Source: an uncultured Bacilli bacterium (lineage in GTDB: Bacteria; Bacillota_I; Bacilli_A; RFN20; CAG-288). Taken from it: DNA of 53,983 nt. The notes under the pieces are model-generated. The model saw only the letters and a list, made by a program, of their open reading frames with translations, did no database searches and was not told the origin of the DNA. Below, in pieces: positions 28,402 to 38,133 of this stretch (position 1 is its first letter; each line of letters starts with the position of its first letter). The stretch is taken from assembly GCA_944332485.1 (NCBI GenBank), contig CALVKB010000004.1, positions 1 through 53,983 of the forward strand, in the 5' to 3' direction. Position numbers and translations under genes: made by a program.

Positions 28402-28722
28402 TTAAAAATCAACGTTGATTTTGTTATCAAGTACATAGCTACCGTCATTTACAGCATTTAATTTATGTATTAAATCACTGATTAACTCATTCAAAGAATT
28501 TTTGTTTTCAGCTGCTCTTTGATAATTAAATGAGCATGCACTCGTTCCGTCAAAATCATAAAACGAACTATAAAGCGATGAGATTCTATCATTTAATTTA
28601 TTTATTGCTTCATTTTCGTCGACTTGAGGAACGCCTGTAACAAGAGTTCCTTTACTAATACTGAAAACATCTTTAACAATTGGTCCAATCATAAAGTCTA
28701 ATTCAAGTTTAATAGTTTTCAT
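28402..28722 (-). CDS. Conserved hypothetical protein (106 aa)
   Basis: RBS gaggag; IKLELDF..GPI, YSSFYDFD, LNAVNDGSY; downstream hairpin AGGGTTAG/CTAACCCT. Confidence 0.75.
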   Translation of the reverse strand: MKTIKLELDFMIGPIVKDVFSISKGTLVTGVPQVDENEAINKLNDRISSLYSSFYDFDGTSACSFNYQRAAENKNSLNELISDLIHKLNAVNDGSYVLDNKINVDF

Positions 28723-29129
28723 TTTCTTTTCTCCTCACACTTATATTTTAATTTTTTGAAGTGTGTGGTATAAAAAAGTGTTACCTAATCACTTCATTGA
28801 ATATTTTTTTGCATTTGCACCTTTTTATTCAATGAACTTATATCATTTATTATATATATCGCCAATACCCATTGAATATTTTGTTGTATCTGTATGTTTT
28901 TATTCAGCGATATTTTCTAGTTTTTCAAATATTTCGGCTGTATTAAGGCAATAGATAAATGCATGAGCAATCGTTGTTTTATAGGGTCAATCGTTGGAGT
29001 ATCGATTATAAATCACCAAATTTTAGAGTGTTCAATGGTTCGAATGTCATCGAACGAAACAAAAACTTTAATTTTATGTACTAAATATAAAAAATGATAT
29101 TTTTACGTATCACTCTTATTGTTTACTAA

Positions 29130-29212
29130 TGGTACCGACGAGGAGACTTGAACTCCCACGGTTATACCAGTGGATTCTAAGTCCACCGCGTCTACCATTC
29201 CGCCACGTCGGT
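29130..29212 (-). tRNA. tRNA-Leu(TAG), CCA encoded
   Basis: Acceptor ACCGACG/CGTCGGT, anticodon arm GTGGA-CTTAGAA-TCCAC, long variable arm, TTCAAGT T-loop. Confidence 0.95.
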
Positions 29213-29301
29213 ATACCTTTAAAAATATATCAAATTTAAAAGAGAATTCAAACGTGAATAAACGATTAAAATAGTTTGAAAAGATATATAATTAACAATA
29301 T

Positions 29302-29643
29302 ATGAAGAAAGATTTGAATAAAGTAAAGAAATTCACAATCAAGGTTCACAAGATGAAACCAAGAGATAGTGCCTTGTTCATTGCTAGTATGAGCATCTCT
29401 TTTTTGTTGGGAATTTGTCTAATCTTAACTGGTGTATTTTTTAACAATAATACACAAAATGCTTTTACTAATGCTTATTCCATCTCTGGAATCGTAATTT
29501 TATGTTTGACATTATTGACTGTAACTTTACTTACATTAATCAGCAATTACGGTGGTAAATTATCAAGATTACTAACTATTGAGGATGAAAATAAAAAATC
29601 TGAAGATAATAAAGAAAATATAGAACAAAATAATGCTAAATAA
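29302..29643 (+). CDS. Hypothetical membrane protein (2 TM)
   Basis: Two hydrophobic helices; TATAAT immediately upstream and no RBS, possibly leaderless. Confidence 0.7.
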   Translation: MKKDLNKVKKFTIKVHKMKPRDSALFIASMSISFLLGICLILTGVFFNNNTQNAFTNAYSISGIVILCLTLLTVTLLTLISNYGGKLSRLLTIEDENKKSEDNKENIEQNNAK

Positions 29644-29647
29644 AAAA

Positions 29648-29721
29648 CGTCGGATTCCAGATTTGAACTGGAGGCCTTGTGCTTAGGAGGCACACGCTCT
29701 ATCCAACTGAGCTAATCCGAC
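29648..29721 (-). tRNA. tRNA-Arg(CCT), CCA not encoded
   Basis: Acceptor GTCGGAT/ATCCGAC, D arm AGCTCAGTTGGATAGAGC, anticodon arm TGTGC-CTCCTAA-GCACA. Confidence 0.93.
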
Positions 29722-29814
29722 AACTATCTATGAATTTTACATTTTTAAAATTGTAAATTGCAATTTTTTAATTTGCTTTTCTTTTTGCCTTATATATTGC
29801 AAAGGGGGAAACAG

Positions 29815-31635
29815 ATGAAAAAAATCAATAAAATTTTGCTAGGTTCTTTAATGTTAGGAATGGGACTATCAACTAATAATATTACTAATGAGAGTGTTGT
29901 AGCAAAGCAACAAATCAGAAAGGCTAATTCAGTTGGAAATTTAAATATAGTAGAGAACGAACCAGTTTTTGATGTGTTTTATAAAAACCGATTATCTGAA
30001 TCATTGATAGATTATTCTACACCTGGTGTAGTCAAAGTAAAAAGCGTAAAAATCAATCGTGATGAAAGTATATTTGATTCTACATTATGTTTTCAAATTG
30101 GAATAAAAGGAGATGTTAGACTTGATTATGGTGAACTTGATTATAATCTTGAATTTAATTTAGATAATTACAATCATTCACCAAGGTTACGATATTCATA
30201 TGGAAATGTTCATCAACAATTCAGTACTTTTGCAAGCAATATCAATACTAAAGGTTCATACAGTGGTACGAATGCCAATAGTTTCACATTACAATCAACC
30301 ACATATTATGATGTGAAACAAGACTTGACTATTTGGGTTATCACATTTCCAGCTCAAACCGACACTATTGTTGCAAATCTTACATTTAACTATGGTAAAG
30401 GTGGATCTAAATTTAAAATTCAATATGTTTCACTTTTAAAATCAAATACAAATGTTTATAACTCATCGACTATGGCTTATTCCTTTTATAACAAAGGAAA
30501 CATCGAACCAAGTTTCATAGGAAAAGAGGGAGATGATTTTTATGTGAAAGTATCTCAAGGTGAAGCTAAACAACTGGCTTTTTATAAGCAACAATTATTT
30601 TTGGTGTATCTTGAGAATAATAAATGGATGAACATAACATATAAAGATGATGGAAATTACTCAGCAAATTGTTCAAGTGGTTTATATGTACCTTCATTTT
30701 ATGTTGTAGATCCGACAACTAATGAAAAGACTGAAATCAAATTAAAAATATATGTGTCAGATACAGAACCACCTGTTATTAGTTTTAAAAATATCTCACC
30801 ATCATATGCATATTATGAGGAAAACATTTTAGAAAAAGTCAAAGAAAATGTTTTAATAGAAGATTTTTCAGGAATTAAAAGTGTTGAGTATGATATTAGT
30901 GAAGAAGAACTTCACACACTAGGTAAACATGAAGTAAATATAAAAGCTACCGATATATATGACAACACTTCAGAAAACATATTGGTTGTAGAAATATATG
31001 ATGATAAATCGCCAATAATTACAGGATACGATTTATTGAGAACTACAACCGACAAAGTTTTGACTATAGATGAGATTTTAAAGATGTATAAATCGTTGGA
31101 TGAAATTGATAAAGAATGTCCAATAACTGTCATCAAAAATGAATATCATAAAGAGTCTAATTCTTCAACTCCTGGTATGTATTCAATTTTGTTAGGTTCT
31201 GTTGATAAATCAAATAATTCTGTTACTAAAAATATACAGATTGAAGTAGTTGAACCAACAAAAGAACCGATTTACTATTTGACAGATGGGAAGCTCACAG
31301 TTGTTAAGGGAACTAAACTTGAATATATGGAGATAGTTTCCAAACTGCAAGAACTCGGTTACATCGCCAAGGATACTACATATGTCAATTGCTTTAGATT
31401 GGAAGGATATGAAATAGATGGGACTAATGAACTTGGTTCTTTCAATTTAACTTTACAAGCGGAAAAAGAAAATGGTGACTTTGATGTAATTGAATTGGAA
31501 GTTACAGTTATAGAAGAACAAAAAACAGAATCAAATGGATCATCTTCTAATTATTCGACAAACAGCTTTATAAGATTCTTTCAAAAATTATTTGAATCTA
31601 TCAAGAAATTTTTCATGAATCTTTTCAGACGATGA
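29815..31635 (+). CDS. Secreted/surface protein with Ig-like (HYR-type) repeats
   Basis: Signal peptide MKKINKILLGSLMLGMGL; DTEPPVI and DDKSPII repeat starts; amphipathic C-tail FIRFFQKLFESIKKFFMNLF. Confidence 0.75.
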   Translation: MKKINKILLGSLMLGMGLSTNNITNESVVAKQQIRKANSVGNLNIVENEPVFDVFYKNRLSESLIDYSTPGVVKVKSVKINRDESIFDSTLCFQIGIKGDVRLDYGELDYNLEFNLDNYNHSPRLRYSYGNVHQQFSTFASNINTKGSYSGTNANSFTLQSTTYYDVKQDLTIWVITFPAQTDTIVANLTFNYGKGGSKFKIQYVSLLKSNTNVYNSSTMAYSFYNKGNIEPSFIGKEGDDFYVKVSQGEAKQLAFYKQQLFLVYLENNKWMNITYKDDGNYSANCSSGLYVPSFYVVDPTTNEKTEIKLKIYVSDTEPPVISFKNISPSYAYYEENILEKVKENVLIEDFSGIKSVEYDISEEELHTLGKHEVNIKATDIYDNTSENILVVEIYDDKSPIITGYDLLRTTTDKVLTIDEILKMYKSLDEIDKECPITVIKNEYHKESNSSTPGMYSILLGSVDKSNNSVTKNIQIEVVEPTKEPIYYLTDGKLTVVKGTKLEYMEIVSKLQELGYIAKDTTYVNCFRLEGYEIDGTNELGSFNLTLQAEKENGDFDVIELEVTVIEEQKTESNGSSSNYSTNSFIRFFQKLFESIKKFFMNLFRR

Positions 31636-31773
31636 TATTTTAAAAATTAAGAAAGGGGGTGGTATATGAAAAATAGCAATTTACGTAGCAGGTAAATTGC
31701 AAACATGATCCAATTCCACAAATTTATATATTATTTGTTTCAAAATATTACTTTCTATAAAATATATGAAGGT

Positions 31774-31855
31774 GGGACCATGGTGGAATTGGTAGACACG
31801 CCAAGCTCAGAACTTGGTGTTGAAAAACGTGAGAGTTCAAATCTCTTTGGTCCCA
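31774..31855 (+). tRNA. tRNA-Leu(CAG), CCA not encoded
   Basis: Acceptor GGGACCA/TGGTCCC, anticodon arm CCAAG-CTCAGAA-CTTGG, long variable arm. Confidence 0.93.
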
Positions 31856-31953
31856 TATTCCTATGGTTAATCAAGGCTTTCAAGAGTAAATATATCTTGT
31901 AAGCCTTTTTTAATTTAATTATTTATAATTTATATTGTCAAGAGGATGAAATT

Positions 31954-32391
31954 ATGAGAAAAAAATATTTGATATTCGCAATAGTATATGCAAGTTTAGC
32001 ACTTGTTTTCGGTGTGTTTTATCGCGAGTTCACAAAGGCTTATGAGTACACTGCACAAACAACGTTATCTATTTTACATGTTCATTATTTAACACTTGGT
32101 ATGTTGTTCTATCTTATATTGTTTTTATTTGATAAAAGCATTAATTTATCGCAAAGCAAGTTATTTAATATTTCTGAAGTTGTTTATAATATTGGCTTAA
32201 ATTTGATGATTCTCTTCATGTTGATTAAGGGAATTCTTCAAGTTTGCAATGTTGAAATTAGTACATCAGTTAGCGGAATTTTAAGTGGCTTTACTGGTAT
32301 TGCACACGCTATGCTTGGAACAGTCCTTATCTTAATTTTGGTGTCGTTTTTCTTGATAGTAAAAAAGCAAGATAAGAAAAAGGAAAATTAA
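31954..32391 (+). CDS. DUF2871-family membrane protein
   Basis: GVFYREFTK, LHVHYLTLGM, YNIGL, GIAH. Confidence 0.8.
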   Translation: MRKKYLIFAIVYASLALVFGVFYREFTKAYEYTAQTTLSILHVHYLTLGMLFYLILFLFDKSINLSQSKLFNISEVVYNIGLNLMILFMLIKGILQVCNVEISTSVSGILSGFTGIAHAMLGTVLILILVSFFLIVKKQDKKKEN

Positions 32392-32392
32392 T

Positions 32393-33604
32393 ATGGGAAC
32401 TATATTATCCTTTTTAAAAAAATATGGTAAGGAAAAATTAACTAAGGAAAATTTCTGTGAAGTTGATGCTTTGATTTTAAGTCAACTTTCTTATTTGAAT
32501 TTTGAGGTATATTCTCCACGGCTTGACAACGAGAATAAAAAGCCGAGATATTTTTCCTCATTCACTACAAATAAAAAAGATATTATTCAATTGACAAGTA
32601 TAGTTATATATCCAACAAAAAACCAAAAGTTGATAAGACTTATTAGGGAGTGTGATAGATATCGCGGTTTGAAGATTAATTATTTTAAAGATAATTTTGA
32701 CGAGATTAATCATTCACAATTTGCAGCAATAACTTTCTTTGTAAATGATGTTACTTTTGTCGCATATAGAGGAACAGATACTTCTATAAATGGTTGGCAT
32801 GAAAATTTGACAATGTGTCTTTATGAAAAAATATCCTCTCAGATTGAAGCAGTTAATTACCTTAATACTGTTGCTAAATTATTCGATGGTCCCTTTTATG
32901 TTGGAGGACACTCAAAAGGTGGAAATCTTGCACAATATGCATCTGTTTTTTGTGAAAAAGAAATTCAAGATAGAATCATTCAATGTTATAACAATGACGG
33001 CCCTGGCTTTTATAAAAACCAAACTGATTTGGAAGAATTCAAACGCATAAAACATCGAATTATAAAATTTATTCCATGCGAATCTGTTGTTGGAAATTTG
33101 TTGAATGATGATACGACATTTTTTGTGATAAAAGCTAATAACAGATTGTTTTTTCAACATGATCCTTTCGCTTGGAGAGTCAAACATGATTATTTTGTTA
33201 GAACTAAAAAGCAAGCCAGCTACTCTATAGCTATTGCACAGTCTTTTGTTGGAATATTAAACAATATGGATCTAGATAAGAAAAATAAAACAATCGATGA
33301 TTTGTTCTACTTTTTTGATTTCAACGATATAAAAACAATTAATTATTTTAAGAAGAATGTAATTTTAAAAATAAGGCTGCTAAGAAAAACCTTTGATAAA
33401 ATGGCGGAAGAAAGCCAGGAAAATCTTAAGAATTTTTACAAATCCTTATTTAAGATGTTCCGAACAAATATGAAAAAAATATCTGAAAATCGAAAACAGT
33501 ATTTAAAGCAAGCAAAAAGTAGTTTTATGACCAATGAACAAATAGAAAAACTTAAATTCTTGGCGAATGAAGGTGAAAAAGTCGATTGGAGCATAGAATT
33601 CTAA
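32393..33604 (+). CDS. DUF2974 (Mbeg1-like) alpha/beta hydrolase
   Basis: EVDALILSQLSY, QFAAIT, AYRGTD, GHSKGGNLA, DGPGF, QHDPFAW. Confidence 0.85.
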   Translation: MGTILSFLKKYGKEKLTKENFCEVDALILSQLSYLNFEVYSPRLDNENKKPRYFSSFTTNKKDIIQLTSIVIYPTKNQKLIRLIRECDRYRGLKINYFKDNFDEINHSQFAAITFFVNDVTFVAYRGTDTSINGWHENLTMCLYEKISSQIEAVNYLNTVAKLFDGPFYVGGHSKGGNLAQYASVFCEKEIQDRIIQCYNNDGPGFYKNQTDLEEFKRIKHRIIKFIPCESVVGNLLNDDTTFFVIKANNRLFFQHDPFAWRVKHDYFVRTKKQASYSIAIAQSFVGILNNMDLDKKNKTIDDLFYFFDFNDIKTINYFKKNVILKIRLLRKTFDKMAEESQENLKNFYKSLFKMFRTNMKKISENRKQYLKQAKSSFMTNEQIEKLKFLANEGEKVDWSIEF

Positions 33605-33659
33605 TAACAAGTGTAAGCGTTTTCTTTTTTTGTTAAAATAATTGCTAGGAGGGTTGCGT

Positions 33660-34034
33660 ATGAAAGTATTACGTTTAATCGGCAACATTATTTGGTTTAT
33701 TTTTTGTGGTATCGCCACAGCACTTGTCTTCTGTTTCTTCGGATTGATATTGTGCATCACAGTTATAGGTATTCCTCTTGCGATTACCTTATTCAAATTG
33801 CTCCCTTTGGTTTGCTTCCCATTTGGAAAGAAAGCTGAGGTGAATTGGGCAAGTCATCCAATTGTTAACACAATTTGGGCCATTTTCTTCGGTTGGGAAC
33901 TTTTCCTTTACTACATTTTTGTTGCAGTAGGTTTATGTATTATTATCATCGGTATTCCTTTTGCAATTCAAATGTTCAAGTTCAGCATAGTTGCTTTATT
34001 ACCATTTGGTTGTAAAGTTACCGAACTCAAATAA
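33660..34034 (+). CDS. YccF-domain inner membrane protein
   Basis: Duplicated NxIW...G...CITxIGIPxA...PFG; RBS aggagg. Confidence 0.88.
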   Translation: MKVLRLIGNIIWFIFCGIATALVFCFFGLILCITVIGIPLAITLFKLLPLVCFPFGKKAEVNWASHPIVNTIWAIFFGWELFLYYIFVAVGLCIIIIGIPFAIQMFKFSIVALLPFGCKVTELK

Positions 34035-34061
34035 GTCTTAACAGTTTTTTAGTTTTAATAT

Positions 34062-34147
34062 AAAGAGCATAAAGGAGTAAAAACTTTGAGAGGTACCCCA
34101 AATCCTAGACATTAGGAAAGGGGTACCTCTCACTTTGTGCTCTTTTT
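34062..34147 (+). terminator. Intrinsic terminator interrupted by a mini-element
   Basis: AAAGAGCATAAAG ... CTTTGTGCTCTTT plus T tract. Confidence 0.65.
34087..34132. mobile_element. 46-bp IS3/IS150-derived miniature element or scar
   Basis: TG...CA ends, perfect 13-bp TIR TGAGAGGTACCCC/GGGGTACCTCTCA, 3-bp flanking duplication CTT. Confidence 0.7.
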
Positions 34148-34208
34148 ATATTGCATTCTGTTTAATTAAATTAATTAATAATAAAACTAAAATTGATATA
34201 CTCAAAAT

Positions 34209-37200
34209 ATGATTTGTTTTAAGATTTCAAATAATTATACAAGTGAAAAAAGCGTCTTAAATAATGCTATAAAAGCTTTTGATACATTTGATTTTAAATC
34301 TTGTATTAATTTGCTAAAAAACGAAAATGATACAGTTTCAAATGAATTAAGAGTGCTCTCTGATTTTTATATTCAAAATAAATACGTTTCTAATTTGATT
34401 GAACAAATGAGAGAGTTAGCAAGTAAGAAAGAACATGTTTTTGCTAAAGTTTTTCTTTGTGAGATGCTTTTACAAAAATCAAAAAGTTACAAGGAAATAT
34501 ACAACGCTTTTCAAGATATTAATTTAAATTTTGACAAGGACAATTTGATTGATATAAAGTTTTTAATTTACTGTAAATTGACATCTACAATTGTCGGTGC
34601 AGATATAAAAAGAGCGTTAGAATTGATTGACAAATTTCATTTAGAAAATGATTTTGAAGTTAATAGATGGTTGATTGACGCCTATGGCGAATGCAGAGAC
34701 GAAAATTATGATCCGTACTATTTATTAAGAGCATTGATGAATAATGCAGTTAAAAAAGATGCGGATGCTTTGAAAAAACTAGGCATTACATCAAATATAA
34801 AATTCAAAACTAAAAAAGAATTAGCTTCTTATTTGATGGGAAATCTTGACAAGAATCCAGAAACATATTCATACAAATATATCTTAAAAAACAACCCAAA
34901 TTTATATTTGGATAATGGTGAAACAAACACAAATGTTACTAAACCTGTAAATATACCATCGAAAGCATTTATTTATTGTCTGGTTCCATATTACTTTCAA
35001 TTGAAGAAAAAGAATTTAAGTGGTGAACAATTAATCTCCAGAATCAATAAAGATGTTTTTGATAAAGATGTCATCTATGATATCAACTTGGTTGATAAAT
35101 ATTTCTTTTATCTTCTAACGTATGAATATTTTGAACTCTCAAAGTTCAAAGAAGGTTTTAAGTTTGCAACAAATTTGAAAAATGACCCTCGATTAGGCTC
35201 TCTTTTTGGTCGTTACATACTTAAAGATAGATTCAGAAATCAATTGTCCAAGTCAATTTTCAGATATGATTTATCGAATATTAGAAAAGCATCTTATCTT
35301 GATTATGATAACTTGGAACACTGCGAAATAACTGAAAAACAGATATTATTATTGAGAGAAGATAAATATAATATCAAGCGAAATATGCCGGTCCGTTTAC
35401 CTTCTATCTTTGAGTTATTAAATAAATATATGACAAATAGTGAAGTTGAAAAATCTATCATGGAATTATTGATAGCTAAGGATTTTGTCGCTGTTGTCAG
35501 AACACTTGATGAGGTTATAAAAACAGAAAAAGAACCTTCCTTATGGATACTTATTCGTGCTATTTTATTGTCAAACAGAAGATTAAAAAGAAAGTTTAAA
35601 GTCAAGATCAAGGACTTGATAACTACGATTGAAGAACGTGTTGATGCCGATAAATACATTGAAGCTTACTATATTAAAGCTTATCTTTGGAGCTTGAGTA
35701 GAAAACATGATTCAAATTACAAAACAATAACCAATTTATACACAGGTTATGTTTTGAATGAGAAGAATGCTAAGGCTCAACTTTTTGCAATATTGTTTTT
35801 CAATTATGAAGTTGTTAATCCATATTATGCTGAAGATTTAGTTCTTTCAAATGACTTTTACAAATTTTATAACATGGATGATAGAATTTTCTACTTTTAT
35901 TTCTCATCTTATATCCGTTTTAAAATTGAATCTTTCTATCAATTAGTTTTCGACTATGCTAGTAATCAAGAAGCTTTGGGTGATTTTGAAAATAGATGTT
36001 TGTTGATGAACATTTATTTGCTCAAAGGAAGTAAGCATTACAACATTTACAAAGCTATTGAATTGTACGAAAAAGATGTGGAAATAAGCAAACACCCTGA
36101 GTTCCCATATGTTGATATTTTGTACGCTTATGAGGATATCTACTATTCTATGTCTTTTGATGATATGACTGAAGAGTTATTGTTGCAACTTGAGAACAAT
36201 CTTAAAATGCGCGGTGAACTTCTGTTTGAACATCTAAAGGAACCTCAACTTAGTAGTATCAGAAGAAATTACACATATAATATGCTGAATGTTCTCTCTT
36301 TGAAAAACGATTTGACTGAACAATCTTGGTTCAACGCACTTGAACCTTTGATCAACAATCTTATTTTTACACCATCCATAGAGGATATATCTTTCTCAAA
36401 CTATCTTTTGAATAGCGGTCTGTTTCCGATTATAGAGAAGATGGCTTACGAGTCAGATTTTTTTCATGAACAAGCTTTGATTAGCTTTTTTGAAACAAAC
36501 ACTGAATTCAACGATGTGGATGAACAAGTTTTGGTCGACGTTATAGAGTTCTTCTTATCTGATTATTGTTATACACCAGTTCTTTTGGACGAGTTAGTTA
36601 ATTTTATAGATAGTAATGCTGAGCGTTTTCAATTCTGCTTAGTTAAAGCCTTCTTGAAATCTTATTATTCATATCAAAAGAATCAAAGTAATCATTCCGA
36701 GTTTTACGCTTTGATAATTTCTTTTTTTACCATGTATTTTGGTCAAAGAATTTCAAAGTATTTCAAACCTATCGAATACATTATGATGACAAGGTTGTTC
36801 TTTTCATTAGGTAAACAATATGAAGAAGCGCTAAGAAGACTTGATGATGGCTTGTATTTATTTAGAAATTCCTGTTTTTATCAAGATTTACAAGTTTATC
36901 GTGAAGTAGTTTTTTTTATATCGTTGTTTGATTTTGACTCACCTTATTATATTGGAACTAAGAAGATGAATGACTATAAAGAAAAAACCTTGATTTGCAT
37001 CACCAATATTCAATATGCCTTGGACAATTATACAAAGCAAAATAACTACAACTTTGATATATTCGCTTTACAAGTTGTTTTCCAATGCCTCGGTTGGACT
37101 AATAAAAGACTTTCCTTCATCGAGATTGAAAAATTGATGAAATTGAATGATAAGTTCGCAAATAAACAGAATGTTTTTTCAATTTTCTTGGGTGGATGTA

Positions 37201-37550
37201 ACAAATCTAAAAAAGATTATTCCTTGGATACTATCTTAAACGCTTATGAGAATCTTAATACTTTCATCCATGCAGTTTTTAAAATTTATTATTTTGTTGA
37301 TATAAATCGTAACGAATTTTTGACTGATTTTCAAATTGAAGAATTCAAAGCAAACATATCAATTGTACGTCAATATTTGCGAAATCAGACTGTCGATCCA
37401 AAATTCAAAAATAGAATAAGTGAATTTTTCCCTGTAAATATACACATATCGAATTTCTTTGATAAAGTCGAAAAACTTTCCTCAAATATGAATAAAAAGA
37501 TGAGAGTTTTGGACAATTATATCAACGATGATTGCTTCAACATCTTCTAA
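34209..37550 (+). CDS. Large hypothetical protein (1113 aa), probably alpha-helical
   Basis: Uninterrupted 3.3-kb ORF rich in Y/F/L/K/N; no recognised motif. Confidence 0.8.
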   Translation: MICFKISNNYTSEKSVLNNAIKAFDTFDFKSCINLLKNENDTVSNELRVLSDFYIQNKYVSNLIEQMRELASKKEHVFAKVFLCEMLLQKSKSYKEIYNAFQDINLNFDKDNLIDIKFLIYCKLTSTIVGADIKRALELIDKFHLENDFEVNRWLIDAYGECRDENYDPYYLLRALMNNAVKKDADALKKLGITSNIKFKTKKELASYLMGNLDKNPETYSYKYILKNNPNLYLDNGETNTNVTKPVNIPSKAFIYCLVPYYFQLKKKNLSGEQLISRINKDVFDKDVIYDINLVDKYFFYLLTYEYFELSKFKEGFKFATNLKNDPRLGSLFGRYILKDRFRNQLSKSIFRYDLSNIRKASYLDYDNLEHCEITEKQILLLREDKYNIKRNMPVRLPSIFELLNKYMTNSEVEKSIMELLIAKDFVAVVRTLDEVIKTEKEPSLWILIRAILLSNRRLKRKFKVKIKDLITTIEERVDADKYIEAYYIKAYLWSLSRKHDSNYKTITNLYTGYVLNEKNAKAQLFAILFFNYEVVNPYYAEDLVLSNDFYKFYNMDDRIFYFYFSSYIRFKIESFYQLVFDYASNQEALGDFENRCLLMNIYLLKGSKHYNIYKAIELYEKDVEISKHPEFPYVDILYAYEDIYYSMSFDDMTEELLLQLENNLKMRGELLFEHLKEPQLSSIRRNYTYNMLNVLSLKNDLTEQSWFNALEPLINNLIFTPSIEDISFSNYLLNSGLFPIIEKMAYESDFFHEQALISFFETNTEFNDVDEQVLVDVIEFFLSDYCYTPVLLDELVNFIDSNAERFQFCLVKAFLKSYYSYQKNQSNHSEFYALIISFFTMYFGQRISKYFKPIEYIMMTRLFFSLGKQYEEALRRLDDGLYLFRNSCFYQDLQVYREVVFFISLFDFDSPYYIGTKKMNDYKEKTLICITNIQYALDNYTKQNNYNFDIFALQVVFQCLGWTNKRLSFIEIEKLMKLNDKFANKQNVFSIFLGGCNKSKKDYSLDTILNAYENLNTFIHAVFKIYYFVDINRNEFLTDFQIEEFKANISIVRQYLRNQTVDPKFKNRISEFFPVNIHISNFFDKVEKLSSNMNKKMRVLDNYINDDCFNIF

Positions 37551-37638
37551 AAACTGACCACAATTAATAAAGATTTTATATAAAATATTAAATTCTAATA
37601 ATTAAATATAAAAATAATAACTTTTTTTGAAAAAAGTG

Positions 37639-37667
37639 TTGCAAAACATTTTTGCTTTTGTTACACT
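37639..37667 (+). promoter_or_regulatory. S10 operon promoter
   Basis: TTGCAA-17 bp-TACACT with extended -10 TG. Confidence 0.7.
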
Positions 37668-37672
37668 TTTAA

Positions 37673-37770
37673 GGCTGTTTTGCTCAGCAAGCTATGACGT
37701 GTAAAGTTGCTAGAACGCCCTCAAGGGTTGTCATTAGTGTTCTAGGTAATTTACACCGAGCTAGGTCTAT
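37673..37770 (+). promoter_or_regulatory. S10 (rpsJ) ribosomal leader RNA
   Basis: GTGTAAA/TTTACAC and CTAGAAC/GTTCTAG nested stems, GTTGCT motif as in Firmicute S10 leaders. Confidence 0.7.
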
Positions 37771-37800
37771 ACATTGATCTTAGACAGAAAGGAAAATACT

Positions 37801-38115
37801 ATGGCAAAAGAAGAAAAAATCAGAGTCCGTCTTAAAGCTTATGATCACAAGGTTCTCGATGTTTGTGTCGCAAAGATCCTTGAAGCAGCTATTAAGAGCG
37901 GAGCTAAGGTAGTTGGTCCAATCCCATTACCAACCGAACGTCAGGTCTTCACAATCTTACGTTCCCCACACGTTGATAAAGATTCACGTGAACAATTCGA
38001 AATAAGAACTCACAAAAGACTTATCGATGTTATCAAACCAACCAAGGAGACAATTACAAAATTGACAACCTTAGATCTCCCAAGTGGTGTTGATGTCGAT
38101 GTCATTACAAAGTAA
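37801..38115 (+). CDS. rpsJ: 30S ribosomal protein S10
   Basis: [31 protein letters not shown]; ATG 37801. Confidence 0.97.
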   Translation: MAKEEKIRVRLKAYDHKVLDVCVAKILEAAIKSGAKVVGPIPLPTERQVFTILRSPHVDKDSREQFEIRTHKRLIDVIKPTKETITKLTTLDLPSGVDVDVITK

Positions 38116-38133
38116 TAAGGAGGCAAGGTTAAT

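Larger units (their letters stand above)
17320..28950. mobile_element. Decaying genomic/defence-like island (boundaries approximate)
   Basis: Accessory minus-strand genes (WYL, nuclease, helicase, ICE-type sigma-like gene), IS3 remnant, four frameshifts, next to tRNA-Leu 3' end; no integrase or att duplication found. Confidence 0.55.

Noticed and set aside
28763-29060. 63-aa ORF and a GGTTCGAAT T-loop-like motif near 29037
   Set aside because: ORF is low-complexity with no RBS; the motif lacks the closing C and any cloverleaf.
17000-29212. tRNA-Leu 3'-end duplication (attL/attR) bounding the island
   Set aside because: No copy of tggtaccgacg found by eye at the left side; no integrase in the window.
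31705-31902. 65-aa ORF
   Set aside because: Overlaps tRNA-Leu(CAG); spurious.
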